A stretch of 64,000 nt of DNA. It comes from an uncultured Acidobacteriota bacterium. GTDB lineage: Bacteria; Acidobacteriota; Thermoanaerobaculia; Gp7-AA8. The stretch is taken from contig CAVUKB010000005.1 in the NCBI GenBank assembly GCA_963741955.1, positions 388,994 through 452,993 on the forward strand. Reading direction: 5' to 3'. Below are positions 48,903 to 58,636 of the stretch, in pieces. A program made the translations under genes and the position numbers. The notes beneath the pieces are model-generated. The model searched no databases, was not told the DNA's origin, and worked only from the letters and a program-made list of their open reading frames with translations. The number at the start of each line of letters is the position of its first letter. Position 1 is the stretch's first letter.

Positions 48903-50522
48903 TCACTTCTTCGCTCCGGCCTTCGTCAGCAGCTTCACGTTCTCGGTGCAGTTCATCGCTCCGGCCATCATCAGCGCCGACGCACCGCCTGCGGACTTCG
49001 CATTCGGGTTCGCGCCCGCGTCCAGAAGCGCTTTGACCAGATCCGTCATCCCACATCTCTGGGATGCCCAGATCAGAGGGGTCGATCCGTTCTCGTCCTT
49101 CGCATTCACGTCTGCGCCCGCCTTGATCAGGAAGACCCCGAGCGCGGGATCCGAGAGCGTCGACGCCGCAAGCAGAGGCGTCGTCGCGTGATCGATCGAG
49201 CTCTTCGAGTTCACGCTCAGGCCGTAGTCCAGAAACGCCTGCGCCGCTTCGAAGTTTCCCTCGTGCGCACTCGCCACGAACTGATCCTCGGTGAGCTCCC
49301 GGTATCCGAGCTCGTCGAGCTTCGCGGCCGCGGCTTCCTTCTGTTCGGCCGAGACCACTCGCTGCGCCGCAGCCTTCTTCACCGGAGCGGCCTTCCCACC
49401 GAGGAGCGCAGCGACATCCGGATGATCGGACGACCATTTCGCGGCGGTCCGTCCCACCCGGTCCTTGATCTTCGGATCGGCGCCGGCTGCGAGAAGTCTC
49501 TGGACGACGTCGGCGTAACCAGCCTTCGCAGCCTGCATGAGAGGCGTATAGCCATCGGGCTTCGAGCGGACATTCACGTCCGCCTTTGCCGCGATCAGCT
49601 TCGCGACCGCGCCGTCGTGTCCTTCTTCGGCCGCCGCGAGAAGCGCCGTCTTCCCGTCATACGTGGTGCGGGCGTTGACGTCGGAGCCCGAAGCCAGGAG
49701 CGCTTCGACCGCTGCGGTGATCGCGGACTCCTCGACGTGGAACGACTCCATCCTGCTCCGCGGGATCCCGGCCATCGCAATCAGTGCCGTCCGTCCGGTA
49801 TTCGACTCCTTTGCCTTCACGTCGGCTCCGGCTTCGAGGAGGAGTCGCACCGATTCCGTCTCTCCCCCGTCCGCCGCGGCGATCAGAGGAGTGGTACCGT
49901 CGGCGTTCGGCGTATTCAGGTTCGCTTTGGCCGCGATCAGTACCGGTGTGGTGCTGCGTCCATACGAAGCGGAAAGAAACAGCGGCGTCTCGCCCTTCCC
50001 ATTCGGCGCGTCGACCCTGGCGCCGGCGTCGAGGAGGACCTTCAGCCGTGCCGGCTGATCCGCGATCACCGCTTCGTGCACGATCGTATTGCCGTCTTCG
50101 TACACCGTTTCGAGGCTGGCTCCGGCGGCGACGAGCAGCGGCGTGGCGTTGGCTCCGATCTGCCCGCTGTGGATGTCCGCGAACAGCGGGGTCTTGCCGT
50201 CCTGGTCCGCCAGGTTGACGCTGGCCTTCGCCTTCAGAAGCATCGCGACGAGTTTCGCATTGTCATCGTCCGCGGCCTCGAGCAGCGGCGTCCGTCCGGA
50301 CGAGTCGCGCGAGTCGGGGTCCATCCCGGCTTTCAGAAAGAGCTCGACCGCTTTTGCGTCACCACTGTCCGCGACGCTGACCATCTCCGCGGGAGTGAAG
50401 TCGTGTCCCATCTTCTGCAGTTTCTTGCGGGCGGATGCAGCCTCGTCGGCCAGCACCGCCGGGGCTCCGACGATGAATAGAGCGAGAACGAGCGCGCAAA
50501 CGCGGGACGTACGTGACGTCAT
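48903..50522 (-). CDS. Secreted ankyrin-repeat protein (about 13 ANK repeats)
   Basis: Signal peptide MTSRTSRVCALVLALFIVGAPAVLA. Repeated G-TPL--A---G----V--LL--GA motifs. Start at an internal ATG. Confidence 0.75.
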   Translation of the reverse strand: MTSRTSRVCALVLALFIVGAPAVLADEAASARKKLQKMGHDFTPAEMVSVADSGDAKAVELFLKAGMDPDSRDSSGRTPLLEAADDDNAKLVAMLLKAKASVNLADQDGKTPLFADIHSGQIGANATPLLVAAGASLETVYEDGNTIVHEAVIADQPARLKVLLDAGARVDAPNGKGETPLFLSASYGRSTTPVLIAAKANLNTPNADGTTPLIAAADGGETESVRLLLEAGADVKAKESNTGRTALIAMAGIPRSRMESFHVEESAITAAVEALLASGSDVNARTTYDGKTALLAAAEEGHDGAVAKLIAAKADVNVRSKPDGYTPLMQAAKAGYADVVQRLLAAGADPKIKDRVGRTAAKWSSDHPDVAALLGGKAAPVKKAAAQRVVSAEQKEAAAAKLDELGYRELTEDQFVASAHEGNFEAAQAFLDYGLSVNSKSSIDHATTPLLAASTLSDPALGVFLIKAGADVNAKDENGSTPLIWASQRCGMTDLVKALLDAGANPNAKSAGGASALMMAGAMNCTENVKLLTKAGAKK

Positions 50523-50694
50523 CCGGCACCTCCAGTTCGATTCCAGGGAATGCGAGAGCGTAAACCTGCGCCCGGCGTAAATCAATCGAAATTCACGAGC
50601 TGACCCCCACCACTCCCGAATTTCCGATGTTTCCGCTTCTCCAGCGCCGTACCACCCGGAGCGGGTGAGCCGGCGATCGGCCGCATTCCGCATC

Positions 50695-50728
50695 CGCAGC
50701 AGAGACGATGTGAGAAATGCGGGCTAGG
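50695..50728. repeat. Copy of the 35-bp MITE-like repeat (cagcagagacgatgtgagaaatgcgggctagg)
   Basis: Differs by 2 mismatches from the copy at 27822-27855. Confidence 0.8.
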
Positions 50729-51071
50729 AGTCTGCGCGATAGGAACGTCCGTCGCGAGAAAGCGAAGCAGCGAGGCCAAATTCGATCGGATTTGAGGTGC
50801 GTAGCGGTGGCTACTCGCCGAAAATCCGGACGAATTTGGACCGCTGATCCGCTTTCGCAGCAGGACAGTTTCTACCGCGCAGACTCCCAGGGAAGAACGG
50901 GCGAAGAGCCGCCGGGCGCAGGACCGCTATAATCGTCGCTGCCCGTCGCGGCGACACCCTTCGAACGAAACGGACTTCGTCGAACGATCGTGCCTGCCGC
51001 GGTCCACCAACCAATGGGAACGCGGGGCCGGCCCCGGGCCGTCCGTGGCGCTCCCGGGAGAACGAAACGAA

Positions 51072-52739
51072 ATGAGACTTGCCGTCCGCCTCTTCTTCAT
51101 CCTGTTCCTCTTGAGCCTTCCCTCCTTCGCACAACAGACCAAGCCGACGCGCCAGCGGGTCGAGAAAACTCCGCAGACGACCCGGTCGAAGCAACCCGCC
51201 GAGCAGTCTCCGCAAACCCGGCACTCGGAGCAAACCCCCGCACCGGAGTCGCACGTCTCCGCGATGCCGAATGCCGGGGGCCGCGATTTCCACTTCGACA
51301 TGACCGAACAGCCCCCGGTCGTGACGCATCACACCGCGACTGTCGGAGGAAAGACGATCCACTACACGGCCACCGCCGGCCGGCTCCCGATCAAGGATGC
51401 CGAGGGAAAGATCGAGGCGGAGATGTTTTTCGTCGCCTACACCCACGATGGAGCGGAGGCCGCCAGCCGGCCTCTCACGTTCGCCTTCAACGGGGGTCCC
51501 GGATCCGCATCGCTCTGGTTACACATGGGTGCGCTCGGCCCGCGCAAGGTCGCGCTGGAACCGGAGGGGTGGCTTCCACCTGCGCCATATCACCTGACGG
51601 ACAATCCGTACACGCCTCTCGACGTCACGGACCTCGTGGTGGTCGACGCGATCGGCACCGGATACAGCCGCCCCGCGGATGCCGCAGCCGGAAAGAAGTT
51701 CTGGAATCTTCCCGGAGACATCGAGTCGTTCGGGGAATTCATCCGCCTCTACATCAGCCGCTACGAGCGCTGGTCATCCCCTCTCTACCTCCTGGGCGAG
51801 AGCTACGGGACGACGCGTGCCGCGGGTATCTCGGGATACCTCACCGATCGCGGGATCAACTTCACCGGGATCATTCTCCTTTCCGAAGTGCTGAACTTCC
51901 AGACCCTGGAGTTCGCGAAGACGAACGACGTTCCGTACCCGCTGATCGTCCCGAGCTACACCATGATCGCGGCGTATCACGGAAAGCTCGCACCGGATCT
52001 GATGCAGGACCTCGCGAAGACGCGCGACGAAGTGACGCAGTGGGCGCTCGGACCGTATTGGGAAGCACTGAACAAAGGCGACGCGTTGACCCCGCAGGAG
52101 CGTGACGCCATCGCGACGCAGCTCGCGCGCTACACCGGTCTTACGAAGCAGATCGCCGATCTCGCGAACCTCCGCGTCGACGTCGGCACATTCACTCACT
52201 GGCTCCTCGCCGATCAGAAGCTGCGCGTCGGACGACTCGATGCGCGCTTCACCGGTCCGGATCCGAACGGCTGGATGGATACTCCGTTCTATGATCCGAG
52301 CGGCGGCGAGACCACCGCGCCGTTCACTTCGACGTTCTACGATTACGTCCGCCGCGACCTCGGCTACAAGGTCGACACGCCGTACTACACGTCCGCACGG
52401 CAGTCGGGGATGTTCAACTGGAGCTGGAACGCCCCGGCCGAAGGTCCGCGACGTCGCGGCGACGAGTCGGGCTATCCCGACACAGCATCGGCGCTCCGCG
52501 CCGCGATGGTGAAGAACCATTGGCTGAAGGTCCTGGTGATGGAGGGCTACTACGATCTCGCCACGCCGTTCGCTGCCGCGAACTACACCATGAACCACCT
52601 CGATCTTCCTGCGGAGTACCGGAAGAACATCTCATATGCGACGTACGAGGCGGGACACATGGTGTATCTCCGGATGAAGTCTCTCGAGAAGTTCCACAGC
52701 GACGTCGCGAACTTCATCCACGCGACCAGCGGACAATAG
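51072..52739 (+). CDS. Secreted serine carboxypeptidase, peptidase S10 family
   Basis: Signal peptide MRLAVRLFFILFLLSLPSFA. Catalytic Ser motif LLGESYGTTRA. His near the C-terminus (YEAGHMVY). Confidence 0.75.
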   Translation: MRLAVRLFFILFLLSLPSFAQQTKPTRQRVEKTPQTTRSKQPAEQSPQTRHSEQTPAPESHVSAMPNAGGRDFHFDMTEQPPVVTHHTATVGGKTIHYTATAGRLPIKDAEGKIEAEMFFVAYTHDGAEAASRPLTFAFNGGPGSASLWLHMGALGPRKVALEPEGWLPPAPYHLTDNPYTPLDVTDLVVVDAIGTGYSRPADAAAGKKFWNLPGDIESFGEFIRLYISRYERWSSPLYLLGESYGTTRAAGISGYLTDRGINFTGIILLSEVLNFQTLEFAKTNDVPYPLIVPSYTMIAAYHGKLAPDLMQDLAKTRDEVTQWALGPYWEALNKGDALTPQERDAIATQLARYTGLTKQIADLANLRVDVGTFTHWLLADQKLRVGRLDARFTGPDPNGWMDTPFYDPSGGETTAPFTSTFYDYVRRDLGYKVDTPYYTSARQSGMFNWSWNAPAEGPRRRGDESGYPDTASALRAAMVKNHWLKVLVMEGYYDLATPFAAANYTMNHLDLPAEYRKNISYATYEAGHMVYLRMKSLEKFHSDVANFIHATSGQ

Positions 52740-52740
52740 T

Positions 52741-53458
52741 TCCGCGAAGCGGGTCGCGCGTTCCGCGGGTCGCGCGTCCTGTGGGTCGCGCGTCTCGCGC
52801 GAGGCTCCCCGGCATCCTGCCGGGGAGCGATGGCGGCAACGCCACGCAAAACGCGCATCTCGCGCCGCAGTCCGTTCGTCTCTCGACTCTCGGGACGATC
52901 CTCGTATCTCGCACCAGGCAGGGCGGCGCGGGACGCCGCCCTGCATCGGGCGAGGACGCCCAACCCACGACTGTGGGTCGCGCGTCTCGCGCGAGGCTCC
53001 CCGGCATCCTGCCGGGGAGCGATGGCGGCAACCAAACGCGGATCGCTCCTCTCGCGCCGCAGTCCGTTCGTCTCTCGACTCTCGGGACGATCCTTGTATC
53101 TCGCACCAGGCAGGGCGGCGCGGGACGCCGCCCTGCATCGGGCGAGGACGCCCAACCCACGACTGTGGGTCGCGCGTCTCGCGCGAGGCTCCCCGGCATC
53201 CTGCCGGGGAGCGATGGCGGCAACCAAACGCGGATCGCTCCTCTCGCGCCGCAGTCCGTTCGTCTCTCGACTCTCGGGACGATCCTCGTATCTCGCACCA
53301 GGCAGGGCGGCGCGGGACGCCGCCCTGCATCGGGCGAGGACGCCCAACCCACTGGGCATCGGGCGAGGACGCCCAACCCACTGGGCATCGGACGGGACGT
53401 CCAACCCACGACTGTGGGTCGCGCGTCTCGCGCGAGGCTCCCCGGCATCCTGCCGGGG
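52741..53458. repeat. About 3.5 tandem copies of a ~190-bp unit ending in the hairpin ccccggcatcctgccgggg (hairpins at 52807, 53000, 53191, 53440)
   Basis: Seen directly. The array continues at 55263-55545 beyond the IS insertion. Confidence 0.9.
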
Positions 53459-53492
53459 ACTGGAGTTTGGCGTTTCTCGAGCAAGGCGCGAG

Positions 53493-54905
53493 CTACGAAG
53501 TGGCGTACTGGACAGCCATTTCGGGGGTGACAGCGGATTTCGAGCGCTTCAGGTGTCGTGCGACGGGGGTCTGGAAGTCGGTGAAATTGGGGGGTTCGAA
53601 GTTGCGGATGTGGCGAATGCAGGCGGATCGCATCGCGCGAAGGTACTGGCCGGTGGGTATTCGCCACTGATCGGGGATATCGTTGTCTCTCCACTTGGGC
53701 ATCAGTTCGGGGGGCGCAGTGGAGCCGAGGCCGAAGCAATCGGCGGCAGCGAGGAGCATCATCGAGTAGACGGCTACGGCGAAAGCGGGCAGCGAGTCGA
53801 CCGATCGCCGGTTGCGCACCTGCGCCTGGCCGACACCGAAGATCTGCTTTTCGTCGCGGTGATTGACCTCGATATCCCAGCGGCGGAAGTAGGCTTGGAC
53901 GAGCTCGACGAGCGAGAGTTTCAGGTCGGTACAGATCAGGAACGCCGGTTTGCGATACAGCAGGCGTGATTTCTTGCGGAGCCGATAGCCCAGTGGCCGG
54001 ATCACGACGAGCCGCAGAGGCAGTTCATAACCCGAAGTTTTCCAAAGCACGGGACCGATGGTCTTGATCGAACAGGCGTGTTCACGACCCGAGGCCCAGA
54101 CTTGGACCTGTTGCCAGTCGATGGATTGGTCCACGCGGAGTTGATCGGGTGTTGGGGCCTGATCGCCATACCAGCGCTTGCGTCCGCGAAGCGGTTGAGA
54201 GTTTGGAGGAAAGAACAGCTTCGCGTCGCCTCGGATGCGACCGATCAGGATCGTTCGTTCCGGCAAGTTCCGCAGAACCGTACGGTTGGTGTAACCGCCG
54301 TCAACCACCGGCATCAGCACGCGCTCGCTCGCTCCGAGCTGGTCAAAGTCCTTGCGAGTTTGGATCAGCAGACGCGTTGCACCGATGGAAAGATTCTGCT
54401 CTTTCTGCTGGCGACGATACTCGGCACGTTCCTGCTCGGTTGCTCCGGCCCCCGGGCGAACCGCCGGAGGCTGGTGATTGAACCGGATCGGGAAGCTGCG
54501 CGCCGGACCGGCAGACTGGCCAGTTAAAGGAACACTGATCGCAGCCTGAATGAACCGTTGGGCGCGGATCAAGTTCGTGTGGAAAGGCGGCGACATCGGA
54601 TCGCGCTGATAACTCACGCCTGGGATCTTCATGCCCGTCTTGCGCAACTTCGTGTCATCCAGCGGCAGCACCAGCGGTGCGTCGAGCGGCAAGTACGCGA
54701 GCAGGTGTCGTTCGATGACTCTGAACATCTCGCTCACATCGAACCGACCCTCCGAGAAAACGCGATAGTCTGCCGACCAGTCCTGCTGCGGATCGCGGCC
54801 TGCTTCAATCATTCCGCTTACCGTGTGTCGCCCGGTGCAGTTGAGCAGGCCGATGGCCAACCCACGAACCCGCTGAAGCACCCGAGCATCACAGGATCCA
54901 TTCAA
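53493..54905 (-). CDS. DDE transposase, IS4-like (YREK signature)
   Basis: 470 aa with VDGGY and YFRRWDIEVNHRDEKQ (Y-x2-R-x3-E-x6-K). Confidence 0.8.
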   Translation of the reverse strand: MNGSCDARVLQRVRGLAIGLLNCTGRHTVSGMIEAGRDPQQDWSADYRVFSEGRFDVSEMFRVIERHLLAYLPLDAPLVLPLDDTKLRKTGMKIPGVSYQRDPMSPPFHTNLIRAQRFIQAAISVPLTGQSAGPARSFPIRFNHQPPAVRPGAGATEQERAEYRRQQKEQNLSIGATRLLIQTRKDFDQLGASERVLMPVVDGGYTNRTVLRNLPERTILIGRIRGDAKLFFPPNSQPLRGRKRWYGDQAPTPDQLRVDQSIDWQQVQVWASGREHACSIKTIGPVLWKTSGYELPLRLVVIRPLGYRLRKKSRLLYRKPAFLICTDLKLSLVELVQAYFRRWDIEVNHRDEKQIFGVGQAQVRNRRSVDSLPAFAVAVYSMMLLAAADCFGLGSTAPPELMPKWRDNDIPDQWRIPTGQYLRAMRSACIRHIRNFEPPNFTDFQTPVARHLKRSKSAVTPEMAVQYATS

Positions 54906-54945
54906 TTCGTCGAAGATCGCGTTGAATGAGCGAAGAAGATTTCGA

Positions 54946-55155
54946 TCAGCGTTTTTTTTTGACCCGCTTCGCTTCGACGGTTCCGGTCGGATCCTTTGCC
55001 CGCTTGAGGATCAGCGTTCGCTTGTCCTCGATGACCCATTCGACGATCTCACCGCGAATGAATTCACAAGCTTGGGCCACGGCCGCGGGAAGGTTCACGT
55101 ACCACTGCCTGCTCTTTGCACGAGCGATCAGCTGCACTTTGGTTGGAAATCCCAT
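54946..55155 (-). CDS. AbrB/MazE-fold small DNA-binding protein (69 aa) carried inside the IS
   Basis: [54 protein letters not shown], a looped-hinge-helix-like pattern. The upstream in-frame extension of ORF 54946..55296 runs into the repeat and is rejected. Confidence 0.5.
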   Translation of the reverse strand: MGFPTKVQLIARAKSRQWYVNLPAAVAQACEFIRGEIVEWVIEDKRTLILKRAKDPTGTVEAKRVKKKR

Positions 55156-55262
55156 GGTGACCTCCTTCTGGTCTAGTGATATAACTAGATACCACGGGAC
55201 GAAAAAAAAGTCCAGAATTCCTGGACTTCCGCCCAACGACTCCGAGTTCCGCCAAACTCCAG

Positions 55263-55545
55263 TCCCCGGCATCCTGCCGGGGAGCGATGGCAGCAATCAA
55301 ACGCAGATCCCGCCTCTCGCGCCGCGGTCCGTTCGTCTCTCGACTCTCGGGACGATCCTTGTATCTCGCACCAGGCAGGGCGGCGCGGGACGCCGCCCTG
55401 CATCGGGCGAGGACGCCCAACCCACTGGGCACCGGACGGGATGTCCAACCCACTCGAGCATCGGACGGGACCTTCAGTCATCGAACAGGACGTCCAACCC
55501 GCTTGCCCGGGCTCGGGTTGAGCCCGGACCCACTCTCGCGAGATA
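55263..55545. repeat. Continuation (about 1.3 units) of the 190-bp repeat on the right flank of the IS. It ends in the hairpin ccgggctcgggttgagcccgg.
   Basis: The sequence matches the units at 52741-53458. Confidence 0.85.
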
Positions 55546-55567
55546 CTCCGCACCCGGAGGTCCTTCA

Positions 55568-56872
55568 ATGCGTTCTCATCTCGCCCTCTTCACCATTCTC
55601 CTCGCCGCGTCGCTGCTCGTTCCGCAGGCTGCATCCGCAGCCGATGCCGCGCCCACGAACGTCCTCCTCCGCCCGGAGCGCGTCTTCGACGCCGTCAGCA
55701 CCACGCCGCACGACGGCTGGGTCGTCCTGGTCACCGGGGACCGCATCGCTGCAGTCGGACCGGCCGCCGAGGTGAAGGCACCCGCAGGGGCGCAGGTGAT
55801 CGACCTCCCGGGCATGACGCTTCTCCCGGGACTGATCGACGCGCACTCCCACATCTTCCTCCACCCCTACAACGAGACGCTCTGGAACGATCAAGTGCTG
55901 AAGGAAGCGCTCGCGTACCGGACCATCCTCGCGGTGAACCACTCGCGGGACACGCTGATGGCGGGATTCACTACGCTCCGCGATCTCGGAACCGAGGGGG
56001 CGGGTTACGCGGATCTCTCGGTGAAGCAGGCCATTGAAGAGGGACGCATCCCCGGACCGCGGCTTTTCGTTGCGACGCGCGCCATCGTGGCGACGGGAAG
56101 CTATGGCCCCGGACCACGTGGCTTCGCTCCGGAGTTCGTTCCGCCGAAAGGGGCGGAAGAAGTGAGCGGCACGGCGGAGATTCTCAAAGCCGTGCGCGAG
56201 CAGGTCGGACACGGCGCCGACTGGGTGAAGGTGTACGCCGACTACCGCCGCGGCCCCGGCGGGACGGCTGCGCCGACCTTCTCGCTCGACGAGTTGAAGA
56301 CGCTCGTCGATGAAGCACACAGCGCGGGACGCGAAGTCTCCGCACACGCGACCACAGCCGAAGGGATGCGACGCGCGGTGATGGCCGGCGTCGACACGAT
56401 CGAGCACGGCTACGGCGGGACGGACGACGTATTCAAACTGATGGCGGAGAAGGGCGTCGCGTTCTTCCCCACTCTCACTGCTGAAGAAGCGTACGGCGAA
56501 TACTTCGAGGGGTACAAGCGCGGCACGAAACCGCTCACGCCCGGGATGCAGCAGGCGCTGCACGCGTTTCAGCTGGCGATGAAGGACGGCGTGACCATCG
56601 GATGCGGCAGCGACGTCGGCGTTTTCACGCACGGCGAGAACTACCGCGAAGTCGAGTGGATGGTGAAAGGCGGCATGACTCCGGTCCAGGCGCTCATGGC
56701 CGCCACCGCGGTCGACGCAAAAGTCCTCGGGCAGCAGGACCGCTTCGGCCGCGTGGAGAAAGGCCTTCTCGCCGATCTCATCGCCGTCCCCGGCGACCCG
56801 ACGAAGGACATCACCGCGATCGAGACCGTCCCGTTCGTGATGAAAGGCGGAGTGATCTACAAGCGGCCCTGA
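55568..56872 (+). CDS. Secreted amidohydrolase family protein (imidazolonepropionase / Xaa-Pro dipeptidase-like metal hydrolase)
   Basis: Signal peptide [24 protein letters not shown]. Metal-ligand motifs HSH...H...H...D (LIDAHSHIF). The 648-aa ORF's N-terminal extension is repeat-derived and rejected. Confidence 0.75.
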   Translation: MRSHLALFTILLAASLLVPQAASAADAAPTNVLLRPERVFDAVSTTPHDGWVVLVTGDRIAAVGPAAEVKAPAGAQVIDLPGMTLLPGLIDAHSHIFLHPYNETLWNDQVLKEALAYRTILAVNHSRDTLMAGFTTLRDLGTEGAGYADLSVKQAIEEGRIPGPRLFVATRAIVATGSYGPGPRGFAPEFVPPKGAEEVSGTAEILKAVREQVGHGADWVKVYADYRRGPGGTAAPTFSLDELKTLVDEAHSAGREVSAHATTAEGMRRAVMAGVDTIEHGYGGTDDVFKLMAEKGVAFFPTLTAEEAYGEYFEGYKRGTKPLTPGMQQALHAFQLAMKDGVTIGCGSDVGVFTHGENYREVEWMVKGGMTPVQALMAATAVDAKVLGQQDRFGRVEKGLLADLIAVPGDPTKDITAIETVPFVMKGGVIYKRP

Positions 56873-56934
56873 TCCGGCTCTCCAACGACCTCGGCAGTCG
56901 CCCCGGCGAAGATGCGCTATCATCATGGCTTCCC

Positions 56935-58467
56935 ATGATCGATACGCCGCTCTCCCGTCGCGACGCGCTCCGGGTACTGGGCCTCACCATGGCCTCGCTC
57001 CCGTTCATGCGAGGTCTCCGAGCAGAGGACGTCCCGACGCCGAACGTCATCTTCATCATGACCGACGATCAGCGGAAGGACGCGATGAGCGCGTACGGCA
57101 ATACCATCCTGAAAACGCCGAACATGGACCGGATCGCGAACGGCGGGGTCAGGTTCGAGGAAGCGTTCGTCACCAATTCTCTCTGCGCGCCGAGCCGCGC
57201 TTCGTTCCTCACCGGCCTCTACTCGCACTCCCACGGGGTCATCACCAACGGCGATGGACCACAGTTCTACAACGGTCCCGGTCTTCCGAAGGACCAGCCG
57301 ACCTGGCCACAGCTTCTCCATGAAGCCGGCTACCACACCGGACTGGTCGGGAAGTGGCACCTCAAGTCGCAACCGACCGGATTCGACGACTGGGTCATCT
57401 TCCCGTGGCAGGGGGAGTACCACGATCCGGAGATGCTGGCGAAGGGAGTCCCGCTCCGTATGCGCGGTCATGCTGACGACGTGGTCGGCGATCAGGCGCT
57501 CGAGTTCCTCCGCAAGCGACCGCGGGATCGTCCGTTCTGCCTCCTCTACCAGTTCAAATCCCCGCATCGCACCTGGGGTCCCGCGAAGCGTTTCGCCCAC
57601 ACGTTCGACGACATCGAGATCCCCGTTCCCCGCACCTTCGAAGACCGCCTGGTTGGAAGACCCGAAGCGGTCCGTGCCGCGGAGATGGAACTGGAGAACA
57701 TGCCCGATTACCGCGATCGCGTTCCTCTCTCCCTTCCTCCCGAAGAGCGGAAACGGAGAAACCTGCAGATCATGGTGAAGGACTACTATCGCGTGCTCCT
57801 GAGCGTCGACGAGAATGTCGGCCGCGTTCTGGACTTTCTCGACGAGCAGAAGCTCACCACCGACACGATCGTCATCTACACCTCAGACAACGGATTCTTC
57901 CTCGGCGAGCACGGCCTGTTCGACAAGCGGCTGATGTACGAGCCGTCGATCCGCATCCCGTTCGCGGTTCGCTATCCGCGGCGCGTTCCGGAAGGAGTGG
58001 TCGACCGGTCGCACATGATCCTCAACGTCGACGTGATGCCGACCGTCCTCCAGTTCGCGGGTGTTCCCGTCCCGCCGCGGCTGCAGGGCCGGAGCATGGT
58101 GCCGATCCTCGAGGGAGCCGACGTGCCGTGGCGCGACGCCTTCCTCTACGAGTACTACGAATATCCGGCCGGACACTGCGTGCGGAAGAACCGCGGCGTG
58201 CGAACCGGACGATGGAAGCTGATTCACTTCTTCGAACAGCCGGAAGAGTGGGAGCTTTACGATCTGAAGAATGATCCCGACGAGACGAAGAACCTGGCGT
58301 CCGATCCGAAATACGCGAGTGTCAGGACGTCGCTGATCGCGAGAATGGCCGAGCTGCGGAAAGAGCTCGGCGACAGCGATCCGCCCGGGCCTCCGCCGCG
58401 CGCGCAGGGCTGCCACGAGGGACATGCGTTGGGGTGGAGCGACTCCCCCACCGCGGTGCCGAAGTAG
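56935..58467 (+). CDS. Tat-secreted sulfatase (formylglycine-dependent arylsulfatase family)
   Basis: Twin-arginine signal (SRRDALRVLGL). Sulfatase signature SLCAPSRASFLTG (C-x-P-x-R). Confidence 0.8.
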   Translation: MIDTPLSRRDALRVLGLTMASLPFMRGLRAEDVPTPNVIFIMTDDQRKDAMSAYGNTILKTPNMDRIANGGVRFEEAFVTNSLCAPSRASFLTGLYSHSHGVITNGDGPQFYNGPGLPKDQPTWPQLLHEAGYHTGLVGKWHLKSQPTGFDDWVIFPWQGEYHDPEMLAKGVPLRMRGHADDVVGDQALEFLRKRPRDRPFCLLYQFKSPHRTWGPAKRFAHTFDDIEIPVPRTFEDRLVGRPEAVRAAEMELENMPDYRDRVPLSLPPEERKRRNLQIMVKDYYRVLLSVDENVGRVLDFLDEQKLTTDTIVIYTSDNGFFLGEHGLFDKRLMYEPSIRIPFAVRYPRRVPEGVVDRSHMILNVDVMPTVLQFAGVPVPPRLQGRSMVPILEGADVPWRDAFLYEYYEYPAGHCVRKNRGVRTGRWKLIHFFEQPEEWELYDLKNDPDETKNLASDPKYASVRTSLIARMAELRKELGDSDPPGPPPRAQGCHEGHALGWSDSPTAVPK

Positions 58468-58636
58468 TCGAGAAACTCCGCGAGCGACCATCTCGCGCTC
58501 CGCGAACCCGCTCCCGCCCCGTCCGAAGCGAGCTCTCGGGCTTTTCCATTTTTCCTGCCGAATTCACCGGATTCGAATGGTAATCGTGCGCGAGATCACG
58601 TCCGTCGCTCGATCCTGTCTTACAATAGTTCTCTAA

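Larger units (their letters stand above)
53459..55262 (-). mobile_element. Intact insertion sequence (1804 bp), IS4/IS701-like, with 14-bp perfect terminal inverted repeats (actggagtttggcg / cgccaaactccagt), inserted into the 190-bp tandem repeat
   Basis: The terminal IRs are exact reverse complements. The 19-bp hairpin ccccggcatcctgccgggg flanks both ends directly. The element carries a DDE transposase and a small upstream ORF. Confidence 0.8.

Noticed and set aside
48687-50480. 597-aa plus-strand ORF
   Set aside because: It is antisense to the ankyrin-repeat gene, whose product shows clear ANK periodicity and a signal peptide.
52520-53530. ORFs across the 190-bp repeat (52520..53530, 52583..53404, 52632..53381, 52714..53739, 52830..53969)
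   Set aside because: Five overlapping ORFs in both strands all encode the same periodic peptide. These are repeat artefacts.
54926-55567. N-terminal 214 codons of the 648-aa ORF 54926..56872
   Set aside because: This stretch spans the IS end and the repeat array. The amidohydrolase has its own ATG with a signal peptide at 55568.
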